A DNA stretch of 64,000 bases, taken from the NCBI GenBank assembly GCA_009914755.4, contig CP068257.2, positions 44,160,001 to 44,224,000 of the forward strand. The letters run 5' to 3'. The stretch comes from the human T2T-CHM13v2.0 reference genome, Homo sapiens. The notes under the pieces were generated by a model that was given only the letters and a program-made list of their open reading frames with translations, made no database searches and had not been told where the DNA came from. Positions 43,790-58,368 of the stretch are shown here, piece by piece. The translations under genes were made by a program, and so were the position numbers. How positions within the stretch are numbered: position 1 is the first letter of the stretch; every line of letters starts with the position of its first letter.

Positions 43790-44038
43790 CAGGCCATGAG
43801 GCTGGCTAGCTCCAGGCAGATCCTCCGCTCACTCCTCGGGGCGGCGCCGGCTGTCTCTACAAAAAAATATAAAAATTAGCTGGGTGTGTGGCATGCGCCT
43901 GTAATCCAAACTACCTAGCAGGCTGAGGTGGGAGGATCGCTTGAGCCCAGGAGGTGCAGGTTGGAGTGAGCCAAGATCACGCCACTGCTGTCCAGCCAGG
44001 GCAACAGAGTTAGATGCTGTCTCAAAAAAAAAAAAAAA
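43790..44038 (+). mobile_element. Alu with internal deletions in the left arm; right arm and poly-A intact
   Basis: '…ctgtctctacaaaaaaatataaaaattagctgggtgtgtggcatgcgcctgtaatccaaactacctagcaggctgaggtgggaggatcgcttgagcccaggaggtgcaggttggagtgagccaagatcacgccactgctgtccagccagggcaacagagttagatgctgtctcaaaaaaaaaaaaaaaa'. Confidence 0.8.
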
Positions 44039-44219
44039 ATCAAAACTGATAAACAACTTAGGGAATTAATGGAAGAAAACATGAAAATTTGATGTGCATA
44101 TAGATGGTGAGGTCTGTTGTTGAAAGTTTGGTTCTCAGCAGGATTTTCTAAAGAATTTCATAGCTTTTCAACCTGAATTGTGCTGTATTCCATACACTGG
44201 AAAGCACTGCACTGGTCAT

Positions 44220-45325
<1,106 letters not shown>

Positions 45326-45690
45326 TATTAGTTCGTTTTCACACTGCTATAAAGACATACCCAAGATTGGGTAATTTATAAAGGAAAGAGGTTTAATTGA
45401 CTCATAGTTCCACATGGCTGGGGAGGCCTCAGGAAACTTAGAATCATGACAGAAGCCAAAGGGGAAGCAAGCACCTTCTTCACAAGGCGGCAGGAGAGAG
45501 AAGTGTGGGCGAAGGAGGAACTTGCCAGACAAAACCATCAGATCTCGTGAGAACTCGCTATCATGAGAACGGTATGGTGGAAACTGCCCCCATGATCCAA
45601 TCACCTCCCGCCAGGTCCCTCAACACGTGGGGATTGTGGGAATTACAATTCAAGATGAGATTTGGGTGGAGACACAGCCAAACCATATCA
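45326..45690 (-). mobile_element. THE1/MST-type MaLR LTR (~365 bp), minus strand
   Basis: The reverse complement begins 'tgatatggtttggctgtgtctccacccaaatctcatcttgaattgtaattcccacaatccccacgtgttgagggacctggcgggaggtgattggatcatggg…' and ends '…tttataaattacccaatcttgggtatgtctttatagcagtgtgaaaacgaactaataca'. This is the hallmark THE1/MaLR LTR consensus start and end. Confidence 0.85.
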
Positions 45691-47569
45691 GCAGCCAGCG
45701 AGGCTCTCTGTGGGCAGCTGTGGGCACACCCAAGGGAAGGAGTGGGCACCCCCATCCAGCAGACGGAGACACGGCCTCAGGCCATGGGCAGGCAGGAGAT
45801 ACCCCCACCTCGCGGTTATTAAATAACTATGTTACATAGTAACTGTGGGGCAGTAGGGCTTTCATTCATCAATATGTAGCATTTTTATGTTCACAGTTTT
45901 GGACTTTGCTTGCGGGTTACTTAATGCCATCAGATGGAAAGCTGAGAGAAAGCCTGTGGCCCCCCAGGCATCTCTGTAAAGAAGGCAATGCCAAGCTGAG
46001 GGTTGCTTCCCAGGCCTCACAACAGCACAACCTTAGAACCTAAAAAATCCAGCATGCTACTTGTGCATGCCAGGCTCAGAACTTTCCCACGTTGGCCCCT
46101 GGCAGCTTATTCACAAAGACTGTCTGGTTCCAGCCAACTGCCGAGGTGCTGCCCATGTCAGGAGAGTGGGTGGAGGAGGGGAGAAGGGCTTCTCAGGACA
46201 GAGGGTGTTTCTGCTTCACCAGGATTCCAGACACGGGCCACCCCCCTGAGCACGACTGGATGGTGCCCAGGCCTAGTGTATGCGCCCATGAATGTGAGTG
46301 GCCAGTGCCAGTGGCAGAGGCCAGGCCTAAGGGGCTAAGAGCTCTGGAAGGATTGTCTGTTTCTGGGCAGACCACAGGTGGCTGCTGTGGCCCCATGCAG
46401 GGCAGGGTCACGGAGGGACCACCTTGCTGGGAGGAGCTTGCAGTCCTGCCTGCCTGGGCAGGAGCTCAGGGAACACCTGACTCCCTTTTAAAGTCATAAA
46501 ATCATATTTGAATATGAAATCTTCTGTTTTTTTAAATGTTGGAAACAAATTTGGACCATGTTGGCGATTGACTCACCTGTGCTTGTCACCACCTCTGAGG
46601 ATGGCGTGGATGTTATCTGGTCACCAGAAGGAAAGCCAAGCACAGGGAAGGCTGGGGGCTGAGCCAGGACATGTCCTGGGTAGGGAAGGGAGGAGCTGGG
46701 CTGGCCAGCACCCCCACAGGCTGAGACTGCCACCGATTCACGAGTCCACGGGGCCCAGGAGTCTGGGTCTACGTGGAAGTTGTCAAGGGCCCAGACTCCA
46801 AGCAAGGCCAGGCCAAGCAGGCCTCTCAGGAAGATGCCGCACAGTGCCTGGAGCCCGGCTGGCAGCTTCTTTTCCTGGCAGTGTCGTGTCCTGTCACCAG
46901 CCGTCAGAGCGCCCTCCGACCAGGGCGCGTGTTAGAGCAGGGACTGGAAGTTGTGAATGAATGACTAAATGCTTTCCTAGAGGCTGACCGAAATTTGTGA
47001 TTAGCTAGGATGTCCATTTCCAAGGCACAGCATGTGCTGTGACTGTCTAGGGGTGGCGTCCCCATGCAGCTTGTGCTTTGGGAGGGGCCAGCTGCCTCCT
47101 CGCCACTGCCCAGCATAGCTTGTCCCCGTGCCCGCCAAAGAGGTCCTCGTGCTGGCCTCACAACAGAAGACGGCCACAGCCCTGCTCTCCCCAGGCCACC
47201 ACGTCCACGAGTGCTGCACTGTGAGGGTGCAGCCCAGCGCCTCAGAGGCAGCAGCACCTGTGAGATGGCGTGCAGATGGAAGTAGGCCAATAGACTCCAA
47301 AGGAAGCACCACTGAAAAATCAGAGGCGTCTCTCAGAGGGGGCCCACGAGGGAGGTGGTATGAAAGGTTTTTAAAAGGACAAAGCAGACTTCGGAGCTGC
47401 CTCTAGAGGAGAGCAGCAGGTGAGTTCCGAGTTCACCTGGCACGCTTTTCGGCAGAGCCCAGGAATGCCCACTTCTGAGCGCTGAGTGCACAACCCAGCT
47501 CGGGAGGCCTGCGGCAGCAGGAATGGGGAGGCACCGTGAGTCCCTCAAAGCGCTGCTGGAAATGTCACT

Positions 47570-47670
47570 CTGCGCGGTGTCCACCCGTGCTCGGGGTGGG
47601 CAGCGCCACTGAATGACGCGGGCAGCTTGGGAGGCCGGTTCGCGAACGCCGCAGCAGCCTCTGCTGACAC
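47570..47670. other. Short CpG-dense patch (~13 CpG in 100 bp); too small to qualify as a CpG island by itself
   Basis: 'gcgcggtgtccacccgtgctcggggtgggcagcgccactgaatgacgcgggcagcttgggaggccggttcgcgaacgccgcagcagcc'. Confidence 0.5.
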
Positions 47671-50600
47671 GGGGGCTGCTCCCCACTCACAGAGCCACAG
47701 GTTCCTGTGGGTTCATTTATGAGGATGTAGGAATCATAGGAGTTAGGTACATCTTTTCCTGAGGTGAGAGCCAGATGAGGGGAGCCAAGACAGAGAATAG
47801 CCCACGTCTGCCCTGGGCCCCGGGGGCGGGGCCTACACAGGCTCCCAGGAGTGTGGGTGGGGCCTGTTTAAACTTCATGCCCCGGGACCTGCCTGGGAGC
47901 CTCCTGCACAAGACTCGCCCCACTCCGGAGGCTTAGCAGCACCGGAGCTGCTCTGTGGCCTGTTGGCAGAGAGGAGTCTGGTGCTCCTGTGCACGGGGGT
48001 CACAGCAAAGCCAAGTGGCCGTAGCACCTTTAACACTGGCCCCGGGTCTCTACACCTCCCTGCCGGCCGTCAGCTCCCGGCCGCAGCCGGCACTGACCTG
48101 GAGCACCTTAAGGAGCCCCTCTGCAAGTCCCTGTGCATCTGAGAGGTCAGAGAGGCAGAAACACAGTTCCAGGGTTCAAACCTAATATGCCTCAGCATTC
48201 TGGGCACTCACATGGTGTGCTGGGCCTGGCCTGCCACATGGCCCCTGCGTGAGGAAGACAGAGCCTGGGCGTGGCCCCACATCCCTGTGAGCTGCCCATG
48301 GGCCTGGACCCTGGCTCTGGCAGACTAAGCTGCATAGCAGATCAGCTTCTCCTGAGCCATTTTCATCCAGGCCACACCTGCCAGCTTGGGCCAGGGACAG
48401 GCAGACCCTGGGCCCAGGGTCTTGAGCTTGACCCGCAGGAGGTCTGGGCCTTATGCCCTGGGGAGAGGAGAGCGCAGAAAGCCAGTGTCACGGCAGCCCC
48501 AGGGGAACAGGCCCCAGGCCTGGCGGGGTCTGGATCTCAGTTCCACAGGGGAAGCTGTGGCCGCAGGCATGGTAACCTCACCAAACAAAAAGCTGCCCAT
48601 CTTTCAGAATATGAGCAAGAAGTTTGTGAGTCCTTGATCACCAGAGGGGCAACGTGGGGCCCGAGATGACAAGGAGTCCAGGCCACCCACAGTAGCTCCT
48701 CCTTCAGCCTTACAGAGGGGCTGCCTGGTCTGCTTTCCTGGCCGTGGGTTGCCCCTCTCTGGGGGCCGATGTCAGCAGACCTGTGGGGGATACAAACAGA
48801 AGGAACCTTGGACCCCTTCCTGGTACCTCCTTACTCATCTGATTCAAACCCTCCCAATTCTGCCTCCAAAGTGGACCCTGACTCTCCCCAGTCCTTACCG
48901 TCCAGTCTCCAAGACCAGTCCACCCAGGGAGCGGCCAGAAGACAGCCCACCTGCGCCAGGCCTGTGTGTGCCTTTCCTGGCATCTGGAATGGGGTTTGGT
49001 GCTTGCTGCCTGTAGCCAGGCCTGCTGGTCATGCCTTCCTGCCCTGCTGGGCCTCATCTCCGTGACAACGTCTTGGCCTTCCTGCCATCCTTTGTAAGTG
49101 CTGCCTGGTCTGGGATCACGTGTGCCGGCTCCTCTGCTTGCAGTACTTGGCTGCACTTCCCAGTATATTCGTTAAAATGTTGTGACATGAGAATTAGCAT
49201 ATGACACGTACGTAACGTGAGCTGCGGAGCATAGCTTTCTCATGAACAGCCGTGACCCCAGGACCAGGCTAAGCGAGATGACCCATGCTGCCGTGGGTGC
49301 TTCCTCTTCTTTACCGTGATCCTGCATTTTGTTTTCTCATCTCTTCTCTTTAAAATAATTTTATTTTATTACACATGATTGCTTGTTTCTGAACTCTTAG
49401 AAAGTGACATCAGTCCCTACATAGACTTCCCAAACCTGTTCTGTTTAGTCACACACAAGGTGTCTTAGGTTGGTATGTGTTTCTGGGCAGAGCTGCAGTT
49501 TGTGTGCCCGGCTGCATAGTGTTCCAGTGTGTGAATAGGCATCATTTATTTGTTTTTCCAGCAGGGTCATGCGGCTCGCTTGCCATTGTGAGTGATGCTT
49601 CCGTGGACATTCCTGTGTGTTTCTTTTGGTGCACACATGAGGTGTTTTTGGTTTAAGGAAGTGGAATTGCTGCATCATAAAGTCTGTGAAAGGTGAACTT
49701 TCAGGAACTTTCAGGACCATGTCAGTTTTTGTTTCAAAGCGCGGGTACCAATTCCCATCCCCCAGCAGCGTGTTAGCGCCACGGATGATCTACAGTCCAC
49801 CAACATTCTGAATGTTTGCCAATGCAGTGAATGTAAATAACGTTTCACTGTGGTCTGTATCTCCCGTTCCACATGCTCTTGTGCTGTGACTTTGATGCAC
49901 CTCCCGCCAGGGAGGGGATCGTGACCCTCCCTTTAATCTGGGCAGGCATGTGCCTCCAGCGGAAATGATGTTATGTGACATCTGTGTGCAAGCCACAGGC
50001 AGCAGCACAGCGCTGCAGAGCTCCCAGGATGCTGGCTCTTGGAGCCTAGGGATGGCGCTGTGAGAACAGGCCACGGCGCCCTAGCTTCAGGTTATAGGGC
50101 ATGGCTACGTGCCTGTGGAAATTCTCCTGCGGGCGGTTTCATGTCGAAGGCCTACCTGTAGCCCTGGGTTGTCTGCCTCTTGGGGGTAGCGGCTGTGTGG
50201 AATGCCTGCGTTCTGGATTTGGCTGGCTGCCTCCTCTGGCATGGTGCAGAGCCCACCTGCAACCCCATATTTGCCCTGGTAGGTCTGAGGTGCGATTCCA
50301 CTCAGATTTATTTTTCCTGTGAGGCGAGCGAGCTTCCTAGGTGGCACTGCACGTTGCACCGCATGGCATGATGAGGCGTGTGGTCTGGCCGCTCCTTCAC
50401 TGGTGCTGAGACTGAGGATTGAGCTTAGGGGGTCAGCCTGATCCGCCACTGCTGGGTTCCCCACCAGCCTTGCAGCTTGCTGTCAATATTCATTGATGGT
50501 CATTGCCTGGATGCAGTACACATTAGGGGCTGCAGAACGGTGATTTTCTAATTGTGTTGTTCTTTCTGTACTTATTAGTTGGGATTCATCTATGTGGAAT

Positions 50601-52263
50601 AACGTTTGCCTCATCCACTAGGGCTGTTTGGTTACCTAAACTATGGTTCATGCCAGAAAGACAGGATAGATGCTTCATTCTTTGCACTCAGTTGTTCTCA
50701 CTGCGATGAGTTGGTTTCTGGAAGCCCCAGTGTTGTCCTGTGAGTTTGTGTCTTTCCCTGCTTTTCTCTCCCTGTGAAGCATCATTGTTAACTGGTGGAT
50801 GTTATACACACAGTGGAGTTTGGCCAGTGCAGCTGCCATTTCTTTACTCAAACTGTTCTGTAGTTTTTGGGCTCCCCTCGCTTTCTGATGTAACCACATC
50901 AGTCTTGGATGGCTTTATTGCCTTCTGTCGTATGTGTTCCCACCTTACCTTTTATATTTTCTTCCACAGACCACCTGGAATCAAACTCTTTTGGGAGACC
51001 TGTTTTTGTTCTAATAATAATAATAATAATACTATTTGGGAAGTAGTATTTAGAGACCACAGCGTGAGTATTAGGAGTGCTTATTGCAATTGGGTTGTCA
51101 TTGATTTTTTATAATTTAGTGAACAGAAATAAGAAATGTTTGTAATTTTAAAAGAAGAGAAAATTAAGATAAATATTTCTAAATCATATTTAAGATTACA
51201 TTATTTTAACTTAAAAATTTAAAACTTATACTAGTTTTTCTTTTCTCTCATCATTACCATGATTACTTATTTGTTTTAGCCTAAGTAAATATATAACAGG
51301 TTTGGAGAATAATACCAATATTATGATTAATGACTAAATTTAGAGCAATATATTTCTTTGCACTTTTTTCTGTCTGTATAATATATTCCCTTGAGGATAT
51401 GCAGTCAGATTCCTGTGTTTTAAGGTCAGTGCCTACAGTCCTTCTCTCTGTGGTTATAGCTTCAACTGAAATTCCTGCATTTGATTATGTAAAATACAAA
51501 CATTTACATGATTCTAAAGTCAAAATTATTGCAAGGGCTATTCACAAAAGTCTCACTTTCCTCCCTTTCTCTCCATTCAGTTCCCTTCCTTCTCCTGTAA
51601 GTAGCTTTTAAGTTTTTTAATCTTTCCATTTTTTCTTTTCGAAAACATGAACAAATGTGTGCATACATGAATTCTTCAACTTAGTAAACTTTTCCTCCAT
51701 GTTCATATTTCTTTTCACTTTTAGGAAGGTTTGTATTTTTTTTCTTGGCTTTATATTATCACTCTCTATATAATTCACATAAACCCCTCTTTTTACATAA
51801 TTTCTATTGACTTACTGTTATAAGCAGTATTAAAATTAGCCAGAAGTCTCTTCTTCCTCCTCTCCCACTCCTAATTTTTGTTTGTTCTCCCACCTCTTCC
51901 TCCCATTTCATTAGTGTATTAACTTTATTTTAAGCACATTTAATGGTTACATATTATCCTGTCACCCTTAACTCCATCATTTAGTCCTAGTTCAGTAGTT
52001 AAATGTGTTTGACACTTACCACCATACCTTATGACAAAGCTTCTCCAATTATTTCGTGGTTGGCCCAACCCCATTTTATATTATGTTCTTCAGGATGGGC
52101 TCATCAGAAAAATATTTCCTGTGTTCTTGTGGAGTCATATCTTTTTATCTGTAGCCTTCACAGGAGAAAGGTAATTTGGCTTCATAAAATCCTTGGTTCA
52201 CATTTTTCTCTTTAGTATCTTAAATATGTTGCTTTACGCCATGGTGATTCTGACTGTGTATAG

Positions 52264-52598
<335 letters not shown>

Positions 52599-52784
52599 CC
52601 TGTGTCTTAGTTTTCAACCAAAAGTTTAAAAATAAAAGTATAACAATTTTAAGAATAGAAAGAAGCTTATAAAATAAAGATATAAAGAAAATATTTTGTG
52701 GTGCTGTACAATTTGTGTGTGTGTGTTTTAAGCTAAGTACTATAAAAAAATTTAAAAGTTTATAGAGTAAAAATGTTACAGTAG

Positions 52785-53110
<326 letters not shown>

Positions 53111-53304
53111 TTATTGAAGAAAGAAAAATATTTTCATAAAATTAGGATAACTTAAGTGTACAGTATCTCTAAAGTCTACAGTAGTCATCCTGTCCCAAGC
53201 CTTCATATTTACTCACCACTCACTCATGGACTCACCAGAGCAACTTCCAGTCCTGTGAGCTCCATTCATAATAAGTGCCCTAGACAGGTGTGCCATTTTA
53301 TTAT

Positions 53305-53817
<513 letters not shown>

Positions 53818-56800
53818 TCTCCCCACGCTCTTGGAAGATGCAGCAGGAATCGCGGTTGTATGTATGTTGGATCTCTTTTGCCTGTCTTTTTGTCTGTCAT
53901 GTTCTCCTGAACCTTTTTTACCTCTCTTTCTGTTTAATTATTTTCATTCTCTTCTTTCTGTTTTATTCCTGTGCCTTCTGTGATGTCTCCTTACTCTTAC
54001 ATTTCTTCTACTTTTCATTTCTGAAAAAAAAAAATCTAGTTGGTTCGTGAGTTCTGTCAATAGTAAAATGTCTTCCTGTTTTCTTGCCATTCCACTTCTG
54101 AGATGTTCTAATACTATTTTAAATTATGTTCTTCTAAAATGATGGTTATTTTCTTAATTTTTAGTTCAGTTTCACATATTACGCTATGAGTTTCGTTTTC
54201 TTTGTGTCCATAGTTTTTTGGTATATTTTCATTATCTGCTAGTGTGTTATTTATCATACTTTTACTTCTTTTTGGTAGTGTTCTCATACGGGATTTGATC
54301 ATAATTCTTTGTGTCCCATTTTTAAATAAGAGTCTTCCTGGACTATTAGGAGAAAGTTTTCTGTAGAGGAATTGGGAATGAGCCAAAGTAGCATTCCTAG
54401 CCTCAACAACCAAGAGGTCTCTCTGTTATTACGGTGAAATATGTTTGAGGCCTGTGTGTGTGGACACTTCTGTCTCTAGAAATCACTTCCAACTCAGGAG
54501 GGCTCCCTTCCCTGACTCTGTTGTCTAGAGACGCACAGCCTCTCACTCTCCACGCTGAGCTGTTTGTTGCCTTCAATCACTGCCCTTTGTCACCAGTATG
54601 TGCTGGGGCTCACCTCCTCTGGATCTCTCTTTCTCTAGCACTTTCAATACAAAAATACCTCGTGTTCCAGGCTAGCTGAATTTGTGTTTTGCTTTGGGCA
54701 GTTTTCTTCCAGGCGATTCTCTGTGCAGAAGTGAATCTTCATTGTGTATTTCTGAGATACTTGAGGACTTAGGCCCTTCAGTATGGCTTAAATTTCCAGT
54801 GAACTCCTTAATAGTTCTTTTTTGTTGTGTTGTGTTGTGTTTTCTTGTTGCTTTCCTGGAACTTGGAGACTACAAGTACGATTTGGAGTTTCTCCATTTG
54901 CTCTCAGGATATTCACCTAGATTCCCACTTGGTGTGAGAAATCATAAATTCAATTGCTTTAATTGTTGTAGGGATATTGAGATTGTCTGTTTCATTTTTT
55001 ATTTTGTTTGTTTGTTTGTTTGTTCGTTCTCCATATCGCCTACTTATTTGTTCAGGCTTTTTTAGAAACTTGGTTTGAGCCTGTCTATAAAAAGCTCAGT
55101 GAAGCTGCTTTAAAATCCTGGTAAGGGAATTCTAGCATCTCTGTTATCTCAGTGTTGGCCTCTGTTGATTTTCTTTTGTCTTTCATGTTGAGGTATGCCT
55201 AATGTTTGGCACGACACATAATTTTTGTTTGTGTCCTGGAAGTATAGGTTATTATGTTATGATAGTCTGAATCTTACATCAATCTTCTGTTTCGGCCTCT
55301 GTTGACACCATGGGGAAGGGATGTCTTGTTACCAGCAAGCTAGGGTGGAGATCCAGGCTCCTCCCTGGATCCTGGGGACACCACCGGTGGGGAGAAGGGT
55401 GCTTGGTACTGCTGGGTGGGAGTGGAAGCCGAGGCTCTCAGCTCAGCCCCTCTGACCGGGCAGGGTGCTGTGTGTGTCCTGTCCTGTGCATGGAGCAGGG
55501 CAGGTATTCTCAAATGCTTTCTGACCTAATAGGTTCCTCCTTTCCCATTCCTTTCCCTAGAGAGAATTTTCTTGAGACTGTTTTTTTCCAGTGTGTATCC
55601 TTTGGCATTTTTCAGTTGCTTTTCCAGTGCCCTGTCTGAAATATAGAGGAGGAAGCACAAACAAAATGAACAAACAAATAAGAAACCCAAAGAATAGCGA
55701 ACTCACCGCTGTGTCATTCTCCAAATCCCAAGGGCCCAGCCAGCCCCCTTCTTCCCTCCAGCTTTCAGGGTTCTCTTCTGTTTGTTCCACATGTAATGTC
55801 CAGAGTTGTTGGCTGTGCTCAGCAGGAAGAATAGGGAGAGAGGTGTCTATTCCATCCTGTCCAGAACCAGAAGGCATGGCTTCCTTTACGTGACTACTAT
55901 CCCCTGTGCCTTCGCAGTTGTTTTTCTTGATTAATCTCATCAGAGGGTTGTATATTATTTAGACTTTAAGAACCAAATTTTATATTTACTGATCTTCTCA
56001 GTTGCCTTTGTTTCTTTGCTTAACTTCTGAACTTTTCTTTATTATTACCTTTCCACTTTCTGTGGATACTTTCTGTTCTTTTTCTAACTTTTTAAATGGG
56101 ATTCGTGACTCACTAATTTTGTGTTTCTTTACTCCTTTTAAAAGCTATAAACTTTACTGTGAGTTCTGTTGCAGCTGTTTGCTACAAATTTTGGCATGCA
56201 ATAATTTTATTATTGTTGAGGTCTGTTTTCTGATCTCATCTATTTCTTATCTGGAAACATTTAAAAAGTGTTTTGTCCAAGGGAATTGTAAAGTTATCTT
56301 TTGCTAATGATATTTAATTGCCTACTGAGTAGGAGATATGTTCTGTGGACTCCATGTTTTCAACATTTGTTGAAACCTGCAATATGAACTAAAACGTTAT
56401 CAATTTTTGTTTTGTTCTCTGAGAGCCTTAGGAGAATGTGTTACCTCTGCTTGTCAGGTACAGGGTTTTATATACACACAGACACACATACGCACTATCA
56501 TGTTGTTTGTGCTGTTAATATATTCTGCATCTTTATTACTTTTGTGGGGTATACTTGTGTGAACTGTAAAGGAGAGAGGTATGTTGGCATCTCCCACCAG
56601 TTGGGCGATTTGGGGCCTGTGACCTCTGACCTCACTGCTCCTTCTTGTAGCATTCTTCCTCCATTAATGCTCGTCTCTCTCCTTGACCTTCTTTCAGTCT
56701 TTCTTCTCAGTGTTTCTACCCAAAATTGCAGGCCCCAGCTCCAGCAGTCTGGTTGCGGACAAGGCCGTGCTTGTTTTTCATTGGGCTGGTCTGTCCAGCT

Positions 56801-57410
56801 CCAAGGCTGCCCTTTGAGCCGGACGATTGACCCACTGCATTAGGAAATGCTTTGCCGTCTTGGTGAGAGCCCCACTTTAGGGAGGTCTTGCACACTGCTG
56901 CATGGAGCATAGACACGTTGGGTGGGAGGTGCCCCAGCACCTAAGGACTCTTATGATTGGGTGGCAGGGGTGGGTGGTGCTGCCCTGCCCTCCAGAGCCC
57001 TTCACATGGTCCAGATGTCACCCAGCGCAAGGTGAGGGAGCCCTGGGGTCACATTCTCCACCCTCCCTCCAGCATTGTTGCAGCCGCAGGACACCTGCCA
57101 GGGTAGAATTCAGCGTGGCTGGAGGATTTTGTGTGGCAGAAGTAATGGAGATGGTAGGCAGGCTGGTCTCCCCGCTCCTCTGTGAGCACTGTGTGTTGGT
57201 GCTCCCTGCCAATGGTGCTCCCCGCGGCATGGTTCCACGCGCACCACAAGGGCAGCGTGGCTTCCTCATCTTAGATGTGACAGAATGGAGATAGTTCTGG
57301 GTGTTAGCCCACAAAAGTGGCAACGTTAGGGTCCAAACTCTGGTACATATGAAACCATGGTTCTTCTTTCTTCCTCTCCAGGCAGATTCATAAGAAGAAG
57401 ACTGGGTCTG

Positions 57411-57565
57411 AGTTTATATACATATATATAAAGTTATATATAAACTTCATATACGTATATAAAGTTATAACTTTATATACGTATATGAAGTTTATATACG
57501 TATATAAAGTTTATATATATGCTTTATTTATATATATAGTTTACATATATATATGCTTTATTTAA
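57411..57565. repeat. AT-rich quasi-palindromic repeat block that contains a perfect 62-bp palindrome at 57437-57498
   Basis: I verified by hand that the left arm 57437-57467 'tatataaacttcatatacgtatataaagtta' equals the reverse complement of the right arm 57468-57498 'taactttatatacgtatatgaagtttatata'. Flanking sequence is made of related TATATACGTATATAAAGTT-type motifs. Confidence 0.9.
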
Positions 57566-57967
57566 GGTTGAACAAAATTTTGCATTCATCAGAAGCTTCC
57601 TTTTATGAATTCTTAGACTTTTTTACTGGGTACCCCAGAGATTTAAGGTATCAGCTTGAATATCTTCTAAACTGTTCTCCCTAAAAGGACCATACCTGGA
57701 TTCTCAAGGAGTCCACCTCCGGAGGGGTCACTGACAGTTCTGCTCTCTTATGCCTTTTGTTCATCTTAACCAGCCTTGGTTAGCAAGGGGCACCTGCCAC
57801 CAGATGATCTCTTACCAAGTCATGGTTTCCTGTCTGAAGCGGTTTCCCTGATGCTGAGAGGCATGAGGAGAATGTTACAGAGAGACAGCATGCTGCCTTG
57901 TGATTGTCTGAGGTTTGAAACCTTCTGGTGAAGCTGAAACCATTTCTTAAGAGCCTGGCTAATGCTG

Positions 57968-58368
57968 TGAGCTGCTTAAGCACCCGTGTGCACATGTGTG
58001 TAAGTGTGTGCCTTTGCCATGTGTATGCATGTGAGCTGCTTAAGCACCTGTGTCCACACGTGTGAGTGTGTGCCTTCACCTGTGTATGTGTGTGTGTGAG
58101 CTGCTTAAGCACCCGCGTGTACATGTTTGTGAGTGTGTGCCTTTGCTGTGTGTATGCATGTGTGTGAGCTGCTTAAGCACCCGTGTGCACACGTGTGAGT
58201 GTGTGCCTTTGCCGTGTGTATGCATGTGTGTGAACTGCTTAAGCACCCGTGTGCACATGTGTGAGTGTGTGCCTTTGCCATGTGCATGCATGTGTGTGAG
58301 CTGCTTAAGCACCCGTTTGCACATGTATGTGAGTGTGTGCCTTTGCCATGTGTATGCATGTGTGTAGT
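57968..58368. repeat. Minisatellite, ~62-64-bp unit ×~6.5 (GAGCTGCTTAAGCACCCGTGTGCACATGTGTGAGTGTGTGCCTTTGCCATGTGTATGCATGTGTGT)
   Basis: Read directly. Successive units differ by a few substitutions (cacatgtg / cacacgtg; ccatgtg / ctgtgtg / ccgtgtg). The track ORFs 58050..58367 and 58076..58423 are its periodic translations. Confidence 0.9.

Noticed and set aside
47570-47670. CpG-rich patch as a possible promoter CpG island
   Set aside because: It is only ~100 bp long, with no TATA or Inr context and no downstream ORF or exon-like sequence. It is too small to meet island criteria by itself, so I list it only as a compositional feature.
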